Shown: positions 1 through 8,833 of the stretch, one piece after another
Numbering within the stretch: position 1 is the stretch's first letter
How the letters are laid out: each line of letters begins with the position of its first letter
DNA from: Pseudomonadota bacterium
GTDB lineage: Bacteria > Desulfobacterota > Desulfobacteria > Desulfobacterales > RPRI01
Length of the DNA: 17,256 bases
NCBI GenBank assembly: GCA_043825875.1
Contig: JBDRRF010000042.1
Coordinates: 1-17,256, forward strand
Direction: 5' to 3'
Program-made: the position numbers and the translations under genes
The notes under the pieces: model-generated
What the model was told of the DNA's origin: nothing
Database searches by the model: none
The model's input: the letters and a program-made list of their open reading frames with translations, nothing else

Positions 1-139
1 CACTTTCAAAACGTTTCAGTTTGGTCAAGCTCAAGGCGGGAGAAAATTTCAACCACAGGAATACATTTAGTATTTCGAGGATTGAAATTTGAGCCCAACG
101 CTTAAGATCGGCCAAAATGGGGCGTTTTGAAACTGGCTC
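1..139. repeat. MITE-like palindromic intergenic element, left end probably clipped by the window edge
   Basis: cactttcaaaacg (1-13) matches the reverse complement of cgttttgaaactg (123-135) at 12/13. Nested imperfect inverted pairs (tttggtc/ggccaaa, aaatttcaa/ttgaaattt) give one long hairpin. It ends 16 nt before the rnj start. Confidence 0.7.
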
Positions 140-155
140 AACAGGAAATATTAAA

Positions 156-1802
156 ATGCTAAAAATTATTCCTCTTGGAGGGTTGGGGGAAATCGGCCTA
201 AACATGATGGCCTTTGAATATGGCGATTCTATATTTGTAGTCGATGCCGGGCTTATGTTTCCGGAAGATTACATGCTTGGAGTCGATTTTGTAATTCCTG
301 ATATATCCTATCTTAGACAAAATAAATCCAGGATACTTGGAGTAGTTTTGACTCACGCTCATGAAGACCATATCGGGGCACTTCCTTATTTGCTCAAAGA
401 TATAAATGTGCCTGTTTTTGGAACCTCGTTTACTTTAGGCCTTGTCCGGCACAGGCTTGAGGAGCATTCTCTGCTTTCTTCCGCATTGTTGTACGAAATC
501 TCATCCGAAGAAAAACTGAAACTTGGACCCTTTGAAATTGAGTTTATTAAAGTAGGGCACAGCGTTGTTGACGGGGTTGGGCTTGCAATCAGAACTCCTT
601 TGGGCCTTATTGTTCATACTGGCGATTTTAAAATCAGTTATACAATGGAAGGAATGATAACAGATGTGCATAGTTTTGCACGCTGCGGAAACGAAGGAGT
701 CTTATGCCTGCTTTCAGACTCAACAAACATTGAAAAAGAAGGTTATACTATTTCTGCAAAAGAGATAGGCGAAACAATTGCAAGAATTACTGCAGGATGC
801 ACGGGTAGAATAATAATTGCTCTTTTTGCCTCAAATATCGCAAGAATCCAGCAGATTGTTAACATTGCAGAAGCACGGGATAAAAAGATTATTTTCAATG
901 GCAGAAGTATAGAAATCAGCGTCAGCATAGCAAAAAAGCTTGGCTTTCTTAAAGTTCAAGATGGAATTGAGATCGATATAAACCAGATAAATGATTTTCC
1001 GGACGATGAAATAATTATGATTACCACAGGCAGCCAGGGTGAGCCCCTGTCTGCCCTTGCACGTATGGCTACTGGTGCGCACAAACAGATAAGTGTAAAA
1101 AAGAACGATACCATTATTCTTTCTTCCAAGTTTATCCCCGGCAATGAAAGAGCAATTACTAATATCATAAACAAGCTTTATAAACGCGGAGCGGATGTAA
1201 TATATGAAAAAATATCAAATATCCATGTATCCGGCCATGCTTTCAAAGAAGAACTGAAATTAATGATAACCCTCACAAAACCAAAATATTTTATTCCAAT
1301 ACATGGCGAATACAGGCACATGTCTCTTCATGCCCGCCTTGCAGCAGAAGTAGGAATAAAGAGGGAGAATATATTGCTTGCAGAAAATGGCCAGGTAATT
1401 GAGTTTGATGAAAAAGGCGGAAAGATTAAAGAATCTATTACAACCGGTCGAATTCTTATCGATGGAAAAGGCATTGGTGATGTCGGAAGAAGTGTTCTCA
1501 AAGAAAGAAGATTGCTTTCTGAAGAAGGGCTTGTAGTTGTTAATATGGCCTTTGACGAAGAAACAGGCATTATTATATACGGACCTGAAATAGTTTCAAA
1601 AGGGTTTGTTTTTGAAACTGAAACAGGACATCTGCTTGAAGACGCTAAATGTGTTATTCTTGAAATAGTTGATGACATAACGCCCGGTATAGATGACAGG
1701 ATCAGTAAAATAAAATCCGGCGTTCAGAGCGCATTAAGAAAATATTTTAATTTTGCAATTAAACGCAGGCCTGTTATACTTCTCTTTATTATAGAACTAT
1801 AA
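156..1802 (+). CDS. rnj: Ribonuclease J (metallo-beta-lactamase/beta-CASP)
   Basis: IIPLGGLGEIGLNM N-terminus, THAHEDHIG metal motif, HTGDFK, GSQGEP, IHVSGHA, PIHGEYRH. Start set at ATG 156 (acagga upstream) because the longer ORF start at 117 lies inside the repeat element. Confidence 0.97.
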   Translation: MLKIIPLGGLGEIGLNMMAFEYGDSIFVVDAGLMFPEDYMLGVDFVIPDISYLRQNKSRILGVVLTHAHEDHIGALPYLLKDINVPVFGTSFTLGLVRHRLEEHSLLSSALLYEISSEEKLKLGPFEIEFIKVGHSVVDGVGLAIRTPLGLIVHTGDFKISYTMEGMITDVHSFARCGNEGVLCLLSDSTNIEKEGYTISAKEIGETIARITAGCTGRIIIALFASNIARIQQIVNIAEARDKKIIFNGRSIEISVSIAKKLGFLKVQDGIEIDINQINDFPDDEIIMITTGSQGEPLSALARMATGAHKQISVKKNDTIILSSKFIPGNERAITNIINKLYKRGADVIYEKISNIHVSGHAFKEELKLMITLTKPKYFIPIHGEYRHMSLHARLAAEVGIKRENILLAENGQVIEFDEKGGKIKESITTGRILIDGKGIGDVGRSVLKERRLLSEEGLVVVNMAFDEETGIIIYGPEIVSKGFVFETETGHLLEDAKCVILEIVDDITPGIDDRISKIKSGVQSALRKYFNFAIKRRPVILLFIIEL

Positions 1803-1818
1803 AAATAGGACAACAAAT

Positions 1819-3954
1819 ATGAGAAAGGAACTAATAGGAATCTTTCTGTTTTTTCTTGTCATTTTTACTTTAATAAGCCTTTTGTCATACAGCCCTTATG
1901 ATCCGTCTGTTAATAATTTAAAAACCGTCGGTGAAGTACATAATCTATTTGGTGTTATAGGTTCCTGTATAGCAGATGTTTTTATTACTCTTTTTGGAAT
2001 AGCCTCATTTTTTATTCCCGTAACTATTCTTCTTGTCAGCATAAGATTTTTCAGCGCTTATACAAAGCAGATAATTATCTACATACTTGTAGGCGGACTC
2101 ATTCTTACAATAGCATCAGCCAGTCTGCTATCATTTCATGAAAACAGCTTTTTAATATTAGGAAGTAAATTCCCCTCAGGCGGGATAATAGGAGTTTTTT
2201 TAAAATCCTTTCTTGTAAAATACTCCAATGTCACTGGATCAGTTATTATCCTTATTCTTTCTCTGGCGATAGGCTTTATTTTTGCCACCGGCCTTTCGAT
2301 AATAAGTACTTTGAAACGATCATGGAATATATTTTTAATTGCTACAGAACGCTTAAAAACACAGGCAGTATTACGCAAAGAACGAAAGGAAAAAACTAAA
2401 AAACGTTTAAGAATAAAAGCCGAACAAAGCGGTGAAAACGAGCATGAAATAGAAATAAAGTCTATAAAGAGAAAACCCGTTAAACAAATGCCTGTTCCAA
2501 AACAAGATGTGTTTGATTTCATGCGTGATGCCAATGAATTTGTGCTGCCTTCCGTAAGTTTTCTGGATAATCCTTTGGCAAGATCGGCTGGGATTAATGC
2601 TGAAAACCTTAAAATGCAGTCAAAGCTTTTGGAAAAGAAACTGGAAGATTTTGGTGTAAACGGTAAAGTGGTAGCAGTTACTCCGGGTCCTGTAATTACA
2701 ACTTTTGAATATGAACCAGCTCCGGGTGTAAAGATAAATAAAATCGTAAATCTTACAGACGATCTATCTCTTGCGCTTCGGGCTACAAGCATAAGAATAG
2801 AAGCACCGATTCCCGGAAAGGCAGTAGTCGGTATTGAAATACCAAATGCCGACAGAGAAATAGTCAAATTCAAGGAAGTAGTAGTTTCAAGCGCTTTTGA
2901 TAAATCCAAATCAAAACTTACAATTTGTTTGGGAAAAGATAAAATAGGAAACCCCGTTGTAGCAGAGCTTGACAAAATGCCCCATCTTCTGATTGCAGGT
3001 GCAACAGGTTCGGGGAAAAGTGTGGCTTTAAACACCATGATATGCAGTCTTTTGTATAAATCTACTCCCGATGAGATTAAACTTCTTATGGTCGATCCTA
3101 AAAGAATTGAGCTTTCCATGTACGATGGTATTCCTCATCTTATTACTCCGGTTGTTACAGATATCAAAAAAGCTACAAATGCCCTATTCTGGGCTGTTAC
3201 TGAAATGGAAAGAAGATATGTTATTCTTTCAGAAAGTCATGCAAGAAATATAAATCAGTATCAGCATAAAGTTGCCAAAGGAGAAAAAAATGAAAAAGGG
3301 GAAGATCTTGAAAAACTCCCCCTTATAGTCATTATTATAGACGAGCTTGCTGATATGATGATGGTAGCTTCGCGTGATGTGGAAGTTTCTTTAACTCGCA
3401 TCGCCCAAATGGCAAGAGCTGCGGGAATTCACCTGATTCTTGCAACTCAAAGACCTTCTGTAAACGTATTGACCGGTATAATAAAGGCTAATTTCCCTAC
3501 CCGTCTTTCCTTTCAGGTCTCTTCCAAAACGGATTCGAGAACCATCTTAGATGCCAATGGTGCTGAAAGTCTTTTAGGTAACGGAGATATGCTTTTTATG
3601 CCACCCGGAACTTCAAGGATTCAGAGAATACACGGAGCATACATATCCGAGGCTGAAATAACAGAAATAACAGAATTTTTAAAGAAACAAAAAAAGCCGG
3701 AGTATGACGAAAAAATTACGGAAGCACGAACAGCTGACGAATCCGGTGATGAGGAAACCGAATACGACGAAAGATATGACGACGCAGTGGCACTTGTTAC
3801 AAAAACCGGCCATGCGTCAATATCAATGGTACAAAGGCATTTGCGCATAGGCTATAACAGGGCGGCCCGTATAATCGAAGTCATGGAAAAAGAAGGAGTC
3901 GTAGGACCTTCAGACGGCGTTAAACCCAGAGAAGTACTTGCAAATCGGCTGTGA
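1819..3954 (+). CDS. ftsK: DNA translocase FtsK/SpoIIIE
   Basis: N-terminal multi-TM domain, Walker A GATGSGKS, IIIDELADMM, HLILATQRPSV, GAESLLGNGDML, and the gamma-domain motif QRHLRIGYNRAARIIE. Confidence 0.98.
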   Translation: MRKELIGIFLFFLVIFTLISLLSYSPYDPSVNNLKTVGEVHNLFGVIGSCIADVFITLFGIASFFIPVTILLVSIRFFSAYTKQIIIYILVGGLILTIASASLLSFHENSFLILGSKFPSGGIIGVFLKSFLVKYSNVTGSVIILILSLAIGFIFATGLSIISTLKRSWNIFLIATERLKTQAVLRKERKEKTKKRLRIKAEQSGENEHEIEIKSIKRKPVKQMPVPKQDVFDFMRDANEFVLPSVSFLDNPLARSAGINAENLKMQSKLLEKKLEDFGVNGKVVAVTPGPVITTFEYEPAPGVKINKIVNLTDDLSLALRATSIRIEAPIPGKAVVGIEIPNADREIVKFKEVVVSSAFDKSKSKLTICLGKDKIGNPVVAELDKMPHLLIAGATGSGKSVALNTMICSLLYKSTPDEIKLLMVDPKRIELSMYDGIPHLITPVVTDIKKATNALFWAVTEMERRYVILSESHARNINQYQHKVAKGEKNEKGEDLEKLPLIVIIIDELADMMMVASRDVEVSLTRIAQMARAAGIHLILATQRPSVNVLTGIIKANFPTRLSFQVSSKTDSRTILDANGAESLLGNGDMLFMPPGTSRIQRIHGAYISEAEITEITEFLKKQKKPEYDEKITEARTADESGDEETEYDERYDDAVALVTKTGHASISMVQRHLRIGYNRAARIIEVMEKEGVVGPSDGVKPREVLANRL

Positions 3955-3983
3955 TCTTTGTTATCAACAAATAATGGAAAATT

Positions 3984-4334
3984 ATGACTGGATCTATCTG
4001 TTTAAGGATCTTTATACTTATTAGTATAATGACGATTAGCGGTTGCAGCAGCGTCGCATTTCTTGTCGCGAAATATCATACCCATACCATGCTGTTTAAA
4101 TATGAAGGCCAGGCTCAATCGGTTTGTCTTGCCGGTGATTTTAATAAATGGTCACAAAATACTCACTGCCTTGATAAGCAAAACGGGGTATGGTCAATCC
4201 AATTGATGCTCCCGCACGGGACTCATCGCTATGCATTTATTATTAACGGCAAGCAATGGGTGGTTGATCCAAATGCTCTTTTTACAGAAACTGACGGTTT
4301 CGACAGACAAAATTCAGTAATTGTTATTAATTAA
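3984..4334 (+). CDS. Predicted lipoprotein with a CBM48/AMPK-beta-like (E-set) glycogen-binding domain
   Basis: Hydrophobic N-terminus ending in ISGC (lipobox-like), then V.LAGDFNKW...GVWSIQLMLPHGTHRYAFIING.QWVVDP...DGF..QNSVI, the typical AMPK1_CBM/CBM48 pattern. Confidence 0.85.
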   Translation: MTGSICLRIFILISIMTISGCSSVAFLVAKYHTHTMLFKYEGQAQSVCLAGDFNKWSQNTHCLDKQNGVWSIQLMLPHGTHRYAFIINGKQWVVDPNALFTETDGFDRQNSVIVIN

Positions 4335-4455
4335 GAAATTGTGCATCTTTATCCAGAATCTGAATGTGACCAATATTCATTAAAAACGTATATTATTATG
4401 GAGTGTAAAATAATTTTAAACTGTGAAATGTTTTTCTCTGGCGTGAGTACTGAAT

Positions 4456-5028
4456 TTGAAAGAATCCCTGCTGATAAAATCCATACTGGATGGAAATGCA
4501 CAAGAATACGCTATTCTGGTAAACCGGTATAAGCGCCCGATTTTCAATCTTTTGTTTCGCATGACCGGCAACAGGGAAGATGCAGCCGACTTGGCTCAGG
4601 AAACATTTTTAAAAGCATATAAAAATTTTGAAAAATTCAAACTAAGTGAAAGTTTTTTCCCCTGGCTGTACGCAATTGCGTTAAATTTAGCCCGGGACAG
4701 CTGGCGTAAACAAAAACACGCCACAAAACATGCGGAAGAAGTCGGTCGGTTAATGGAAAACTGTCCGGAAGAAAAGACCTATGCAGAAGATCGGATTATA
4801 GTATCAATGGATACAAGGCGTTTGAAAAACTGTCTGAATCAATTGCCCCATAATTACAGGGAGGCATTGATATTGAGGTACCATGAAGGTTTGCCTATGA
4901 GAGATATCGGCAAGGCTCTCGGGGTTTCTACAAGTGGTGCAAAAATGCGTATAAGCAGAGGGTTAGAAAAGCTGCGTGATCTGTTTCAATCGTCTTTTTC
5001 TATCAGTAAAAAGATATCCAAGGAATAA
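4456..5028 (+). CDS. ECF (group IV) RNA polymerase sigma factor
   Basis: Region 2 motifs (REDAADLAQETFLKAY, FFPWLYAIALNLARD) and region 4 HTH (LPHNYREALILRYHEG...DIGKALGVS..GAKMRISRG). The TTG start is uncertain. Confidence 0.95.
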   Translation: MKESLLIKSILDGNAQEYAILVNRYKRPIFNLLFRMTGNREDAADLAQETFLKAYKNFEKFKLSESFFPWLYAIALNLARDSWRKQKHATKHAEEVGRLMENCPEEKTYAEDRIIVSMDTRRLKNCLNQLPHNYREALILRYHEGLPMRDIGKALGVSTSGAKMRISRGLEKLRDLFQSSFSISKKISKE

Positions 5029-5036
5029 CAGGACCA

Positions 5037-5642
5037 TTGAAGAATATGCCAAATAAATTTTCAAATAAAGCTCCTGACATAAATTATCTGACCGGTATAA
5101 TTGCCGGCCTTCCGGATGAAGAGCCGCCAGACGGCTTCACGCAAACGGTTATGCAGCAAATTTCACCTAAGCAGGCCAACATATGGCAAAAATTCTGGCG
5201 TCTTCTGATAACTCCTTTCACAGTTATTTCCATTCGCCCACTTCATACAGCCGGTACTATAATATTAATAGTAGGTCTTCTATTTGCATATAAAACAATT
5301 TGGATATCTCACATATATTATCCTCTTACTGCAAACTCAAAAACGGCCAACATCAAAACTGTTAACTTTATTTTAGATTACCCATCAGCCACAACAGTAG
5401 CAATTATTGGATCATTTAATCACTGGCAGCCGGAACATTATCATATGCAAAAAAATCCGACAGATGGCACATGGCAACTTTCCGTTAAGATGCAACCCGG
5501 CCGCCACACTTATGCTTTTGTTGTTGACGATAATAAAATCATTGCTGATCCCCGCGCATTGTGGGAGCAGGATGACGGTTTTGGAACCCGAAACTCCATC
5601 CTAACCATTAGTAACGGATATTCAGATGAAAACCAAACTTAG
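5037..5642 (+). CDS. Putative membrane-anchored anti-sigma factor with a C-terminal CBM48-like domain
   Basis: Directly downstream of the ECF gene. Cytoplasmic LPDEEPPDGFTQTVMQQI segment typical of anti-sigma N-termini, one TM (AGTIILIVGLLFAY), then VAIIGSFNHW...GTWQLSVKMQPGRHTYAFVVD...DP...DDGFGTRNSIL. Start could be ATG 5046. Confidence 0.82.
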   Translation: MKNMPNKFSNKAPDINYLTGIIAGLPDEEPPDGFTQTVMQQISPKQANIWQKFWRLLITPFTVISIRPLHTAGTIILIVGLLFAYKTIWISHIYYPLTANSKTANIKTVNFILDYPSATTVAIIGSFNHWQPEHYHMQKNPTDGTWQLSVKMQPGRHTYAFVVDDNKIIADPRALWEQDDGFGTRNSILTISNGYSDENQT

Positions 5643-6558
5643 ATATAGTTTATTACTGTTTATCCTGTTTTTGCTCATCGTACCCTGTTACGTATGTGCC
5701 GAAGATAATACTATGCTTGATAACGAGATTCGCCTGGCAAAGTCTTCGGGCATGGATGACGAGAGCATAGGCCGGATACTTTCTGCCGCCAACAGGCATC
5801 AATTAAGTAATGAAAATAAAATACGCTGGATTAAACAGATACGCACAGCCGCTCAGGAAGGGCTTCCTGCATCAGTTATGGTCAACAAGATTGAAGAGGG
5901 AGTGGCTAAAAATGTTGAGGCACAAAGGATTGATGCGGCCTTAGGAAAGACTTTACATCAATTGCGCTTTGTCAACAAACTGACCGAGGGTGAACCTCAT
6001 AACCGCGAAACCTCTACACCCCCGGAAAGAAACCGGATAAATGCCAGGATTAGCGAATTGCTATCTGCCGGATTAACTGAAACTGAAATGAACAGTCTTT
6101 ATACATCCTGGAAGTCAGCTTCTCCGAACCAAAAGCTTGAAGCAATGACCTTTTATGCAGTTGCCAAACAGTCCGGTCTCAACCCCAAAGAGGCCAGCCA
6201 TATCGCTTCTTCAGGTATTGAACATAATCATTTTCACAGCTTTCCTCTTGAGCTATCCATGATGATCAAAGCTGCCAAAGCAAATAAAATTGCAAATTCT
6301 AAAATTACTTCTGAAGCACTTAAAGTAATAAACGGCAAGCAAACGGTTCAGCAAGCGCACAGCAAAATGGGTATTCGCCAATTACACCCCAATCCAAGCA
6401 GAGTATACGATGATTATCCGAATAATAATATGCAGCCTATGGGAATGAGAAGCAACAATAGCCGTTTCGGAAGTTCCAGTAGTGGAAGTTCCGGCAGCGG
6501 CAGTTTCGGCGGCGGACGCAGTGGTGGTGGCGGCGGTGGCGGCGGAAGAGGCCGCTAA
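5626..6558 (+). CDS. Secreted, probably helical hypothetical protein with a Gly/Ser-rich C-terminal tail
   Basis: Sec-type signal peptide (…YVCA/EDN). Overlaps the anti-sigma gene by 17 nt. Ala/Glu/Lys-rich body and tail GSSSSGSSGSGSFGGGRSGGGGGGGGRGR. Confidence 0.8.
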   Translation: MKTKLRYSLLLFILFLLIVPCYVCAEDNTMLDNEIRLAKSSGMDDESIGRILSAANRHQLSNENKIRWIKQIRTAAQEGLPASVMVNKIEEGVAKNVEAQRIDAALGKTLHQLRFVNKLTEGEPHNRETSTPPERNRINARISELLSAGLTETEMNSLYTSWKSASPNQKLEAMTFYAVAKQSGLNPKEASHIASSGIEHNHFHSFPLELSMMIKAAKANKIANSKITSEALKVINGKQTVQQAHSKMGIRQLHPNPSRVYDDYPNNNMQPMGMRSNNSRFGSSSSGSSGSGSFGGGRSGGGGGGGGRGR

Positions 6559-7154
6559 ATAACACTCAGTTATTCAAAGCTATCTCTGATTTACATCTAA
6601 AAACCCGATCAGTTATAAATTTATGTTCCTCTCCCCTACCCTTTTGATTCAATTTGAACCGCCACAAATATCGCATTTCCTATTACTTCCAGCAAAGAGT
6701 TTCTATCCTGGAACCCTTTGATTCACATATAGCATTTGTCAGAATAATGTTCCAATTACAGCACATTCGAAATATCAGGATATGGTAGGTGCATAACCTT
6801 TCAAACGGAACAGATTGTATGTGGTGATATCCTGCAAGAAATATGGAAAAATTGCTGTTACATTGGAGTTAACGATAAGATTTGGAAATTAAAAGACCAA
6901 GTCTTATACAGTGAGAAACACTAGTCCAACCACAGTTGACAGAACTTACAATGGTGCAGTTGCCTTGGCAGTTATCGAAATAATAAATAACCCGGACGTG
7001 TTTACCTATAGTAATAATTAATTGAGAAATAATATAGTCAAGCTGCTTAGATTGATACTATGATTGCAAATCCCGGCTCTTTGGCAAAAGGCAGTTATTG
7101 CAAGATCGCCCGGTATGGCAGATCATTTTTAATATCTATAAGGAGAAAGAAGTA

Positions 7155-7373
7155 ATGAAAAAACTAAATCGCATTAGAAACATGCGTATGGTGCTGATCA
7201 CCACATTGGTAATCAGCATTCTTTTTAGCGTAGGATGTGCACAGAAATACGCCTTTAATACCGGGCTACCTGCATCGGATATATCTGTTACAGAATGGCA
7301 ACACCAGGGATTTTACGATTATGCCATCGACAACCGGTTTGATCTTGACAAGGCATGCTCCGAAGGGGTTTAG
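7155..7373 (+). pseudogene. Truncated Bor/Iss-family-like lipoprotein
   Basis: aaggag RBS, ATG 7155, lipobox SVGC followed by AQ..., H..F and DLDKAC..G as in lambda Bor. It stops at the point where the Bor C-terminal half should begin, 13 nt from the end of the convergent vapC remnant. Confidence 0.55.
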
Positions 7374-7386
7374 AACATTTTCTCCT

Positions 7387-7565
7387 CTAACCGATATAGA
7401 TTGGTACATTTAGATTTTTAGCAGCTTCTATCAGTTTTTTATCCAAAGTAGCTAAAGGAATGCCTTTTCTTATTGAAAGATCGAGATATGATGCATCATA
7501 GCTGGAAAGATTGTTTGTCCTTGCCAAAGACAGTATATCCGCCATAATTCTTTCCGGGCGCTCAT
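7387..7565 (-). pseudogene. vapC: VapC/PIN-domain toxin remnant with an internal deletion and frameshift
   Basis: The minus strand 7563-7387 reads ERPERIMADILSLARTNNLSSYDASYLDLSIRKGIPLATLDKKLIEAAKNLNVPIYIG*, the PIN C-terminal half (YDAxY, ATLDxxL). The ATG at 7565, adjacent to the antitoxin stop, is out of frame with it. Not in the ORF track. Confidence 0.85.
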
Positions 7566-7805
7566 TTACTCTTGCCCGTCTTCTATCATTTCACGTATAG
7601 AAAGACAGCCGAGGCTATGTTCGTTCCGAAATTTTCGGATATCAGAAATTACTTCTCTTGTATCAGCAGATATTGCCTGGTTAACAGGTTGCAACACAGC
7701 AACAACAATCCCATGTTTCGTGATTGTTATACGTTCGCCCTTCATCACCCGCTCAAGCAATTTGGGCAGATGTGTTTTTGCTTCATATGCGCCAACTGTT
7801 TCCAT
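7566..7805 (-). CDS. Phd/YefM (prevent-host-death) family antitoxin
   Basis: METVGAYEAKTHLPKLLERVMKGERITITKHG..VAVL, the canonical Phd N-terminus. AGGAG RBS at 7812-7816 on the minus strand. Confidence 0.93.
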   Translation of the reverse strand: METVGAYEAKTHLPKLLERVMKGERITITKHGIVVAVLQPVNQAISADTREVISDIRKFRNEHSLGCLSIREMIEDGQE

Positions 7806-7815
7806 AAGTTACTCC

Positions 7816-7835
7816 TTAGACTAGTTTAGACCAGC
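7816..7835. promoter_or_regulatory. Candidate Phd operator (tandem TTAGAC(T/C)AG)
   Basis: ttagactagt ttagaccagc direct repeat containing the palindrome actagt, immediately upstream of the antitoxin RBS. Confidence 0.45.
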
Positions 7836-7987
7836 TTAACAGTATGAAAATTATTTTCCAATAACAAAAAAGATAATTAATCTTCAACAATAAATATTTG
7901 ATTTTAAACTTATTGTGGCTTCTTTTTTAGCTATTATCTAATAGCCATTCAATATAGTCAGCATATGTCAGATAATAAAACAACAGA

Positions 7988-8016
7988 TTGACAGATAATC
8001 ATACATATGGTATCTA
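7988..8016 (+). promoter_or_regulatory. Sigma-70 type promoter of the HTH-Panacea TA operon
   Basis: Perfect TTGACA (7988-7993), 17 nt spacer, then TGn-TATCTA (8008-8016). cagataat is repeated at and upstream of the -35, a possible operator. Confidence 0.55.
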
Positions 8017-8044
8017 TATTTTCAAATCGCAGGAGAATATAAGC

Positions 8045-8833
8045 ATGGATACTTTTTATAAAAATTTAGGATTGAAGATAAAAAAAATAAGAGAAAAAAC
8101 AGGATTGTCCCAAAATTCTCTGGCACAAAAGCTGGGAATTAGCAGAGTGGCTGTTTCGCAAATAGAATCCGGAGACAGAAAAATCAGTGCTGAAGAGATA
8201 GTTATGCTTGCTGAAACATTTAATATCCAAACGGATGTTCTGTTGGATATTACAAAAGATATAAAAATCGTATTTCAAAAAGACACAAAGAAACAAGCAA
8301 AAAAACAGGAAATCAGAATCAGTGTTCCTCAAAGGAATCTGCAAAAATTTAAGGAAGTATTAATCTATATTCTTGAAAAAGTCGGGTCCAAACCCAATGT
8401 TGGAGAAACGGTTCTGTATAAGCTTCTTTATTTCATAGATTTTAATTTTTATGAAAAGTATGAAGATCAATTAATAGGAGCAACTTATATAAAAAACAAG
8501 TATGGGCCAACGCCTAAAGAATTTATAAAAGTCATAGAAGAAATGGAGGGAAAAGATTTGGTAAGGGTAAAAGACAATTATTTTAAATATCCGCAGACTA
8601 AATATTTACCTTTAAGAAAATCCGATCTGACTCAGCTAAAAGCACACGAAAAAGAAGTAATAGATGATGTTTTAAATACTTTGTCAAATATGAATGCTTC
8701 CGAGATCAGTGAATACTCCCATAATGATGTTCCATGGCAAACTACAGATGATGGAGATATTATTCAATATGAAGCAGTATTTTATAGAACTTCGCCTTAT
8801 TCGGTGAGAAATTATAATGAAAAAAGTCTTTAA
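8045..8833 (+). CDS. XRE-HTH fused to a Panacea (DUF4065/SocA-like) antitoxin domain
   Basis: N-terminal IREKTGLSQNSLAQKLGISRVAVSQIESGDRK HTH. C-terminal LYKLLYFIDF...Y.KNKYGP.P...ISEYSHNDVPW Panacea signature. aggag RBS before ATG 8045. Confidence 0.9.
   Translation: MDTFYKNLGLKIKKIREKTGLSQNSLAQKLGISRVAVSQIESGDRKISAEEIVMLAETFNIQTDVLLDITKDIKIVFQKDTKKQAKKQEIRISVPQRNLQKFKEVLIYILEKVGSKPNVGETVLYKLLYFIDFNFYEKYEDQLIGATYIKNKYGPTPKEFIKVIEEMEGKDLVRVKDNYFKYPQTKYLPLRKSDLTQLKAHEKEVIDDVLNTLSNMNASEISEYSHNDVPWQTTDDGDIIQYEAVFYRTSPYSVRNYNEKSL

Noticed and set aside
117..155. N-terminal extension of RNase J given in the ORF track
   Set aside because: It derives from the palindromic repeat. The family-typical start MLKIIPLGG with an RBS is at 156.
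2136..3119. 327-aa minus-strand ORF and other antisense ORFs inside rnj, ftsK, the NTase and the femAB-like genes
   Set aside because: They are shadows of well-supported genes on the opposite strand and have no recognisable motifs.
4341..4532. 63-aa ORF overlapping the ECF start, possibly a frameshifted true N-terminus (VSTEFE joined to ESLLIK)
   Set aside because: The sigma factor appears complete from TTG 4456. A frameshift cannot be supported without homologue alignment or reads.
7988..8044. Longer TTG start for the HTH-Panacea gene
   Set aside because: The TTG is part of the TTGACA -35 element. The aggag RBS supports ATG 8045.
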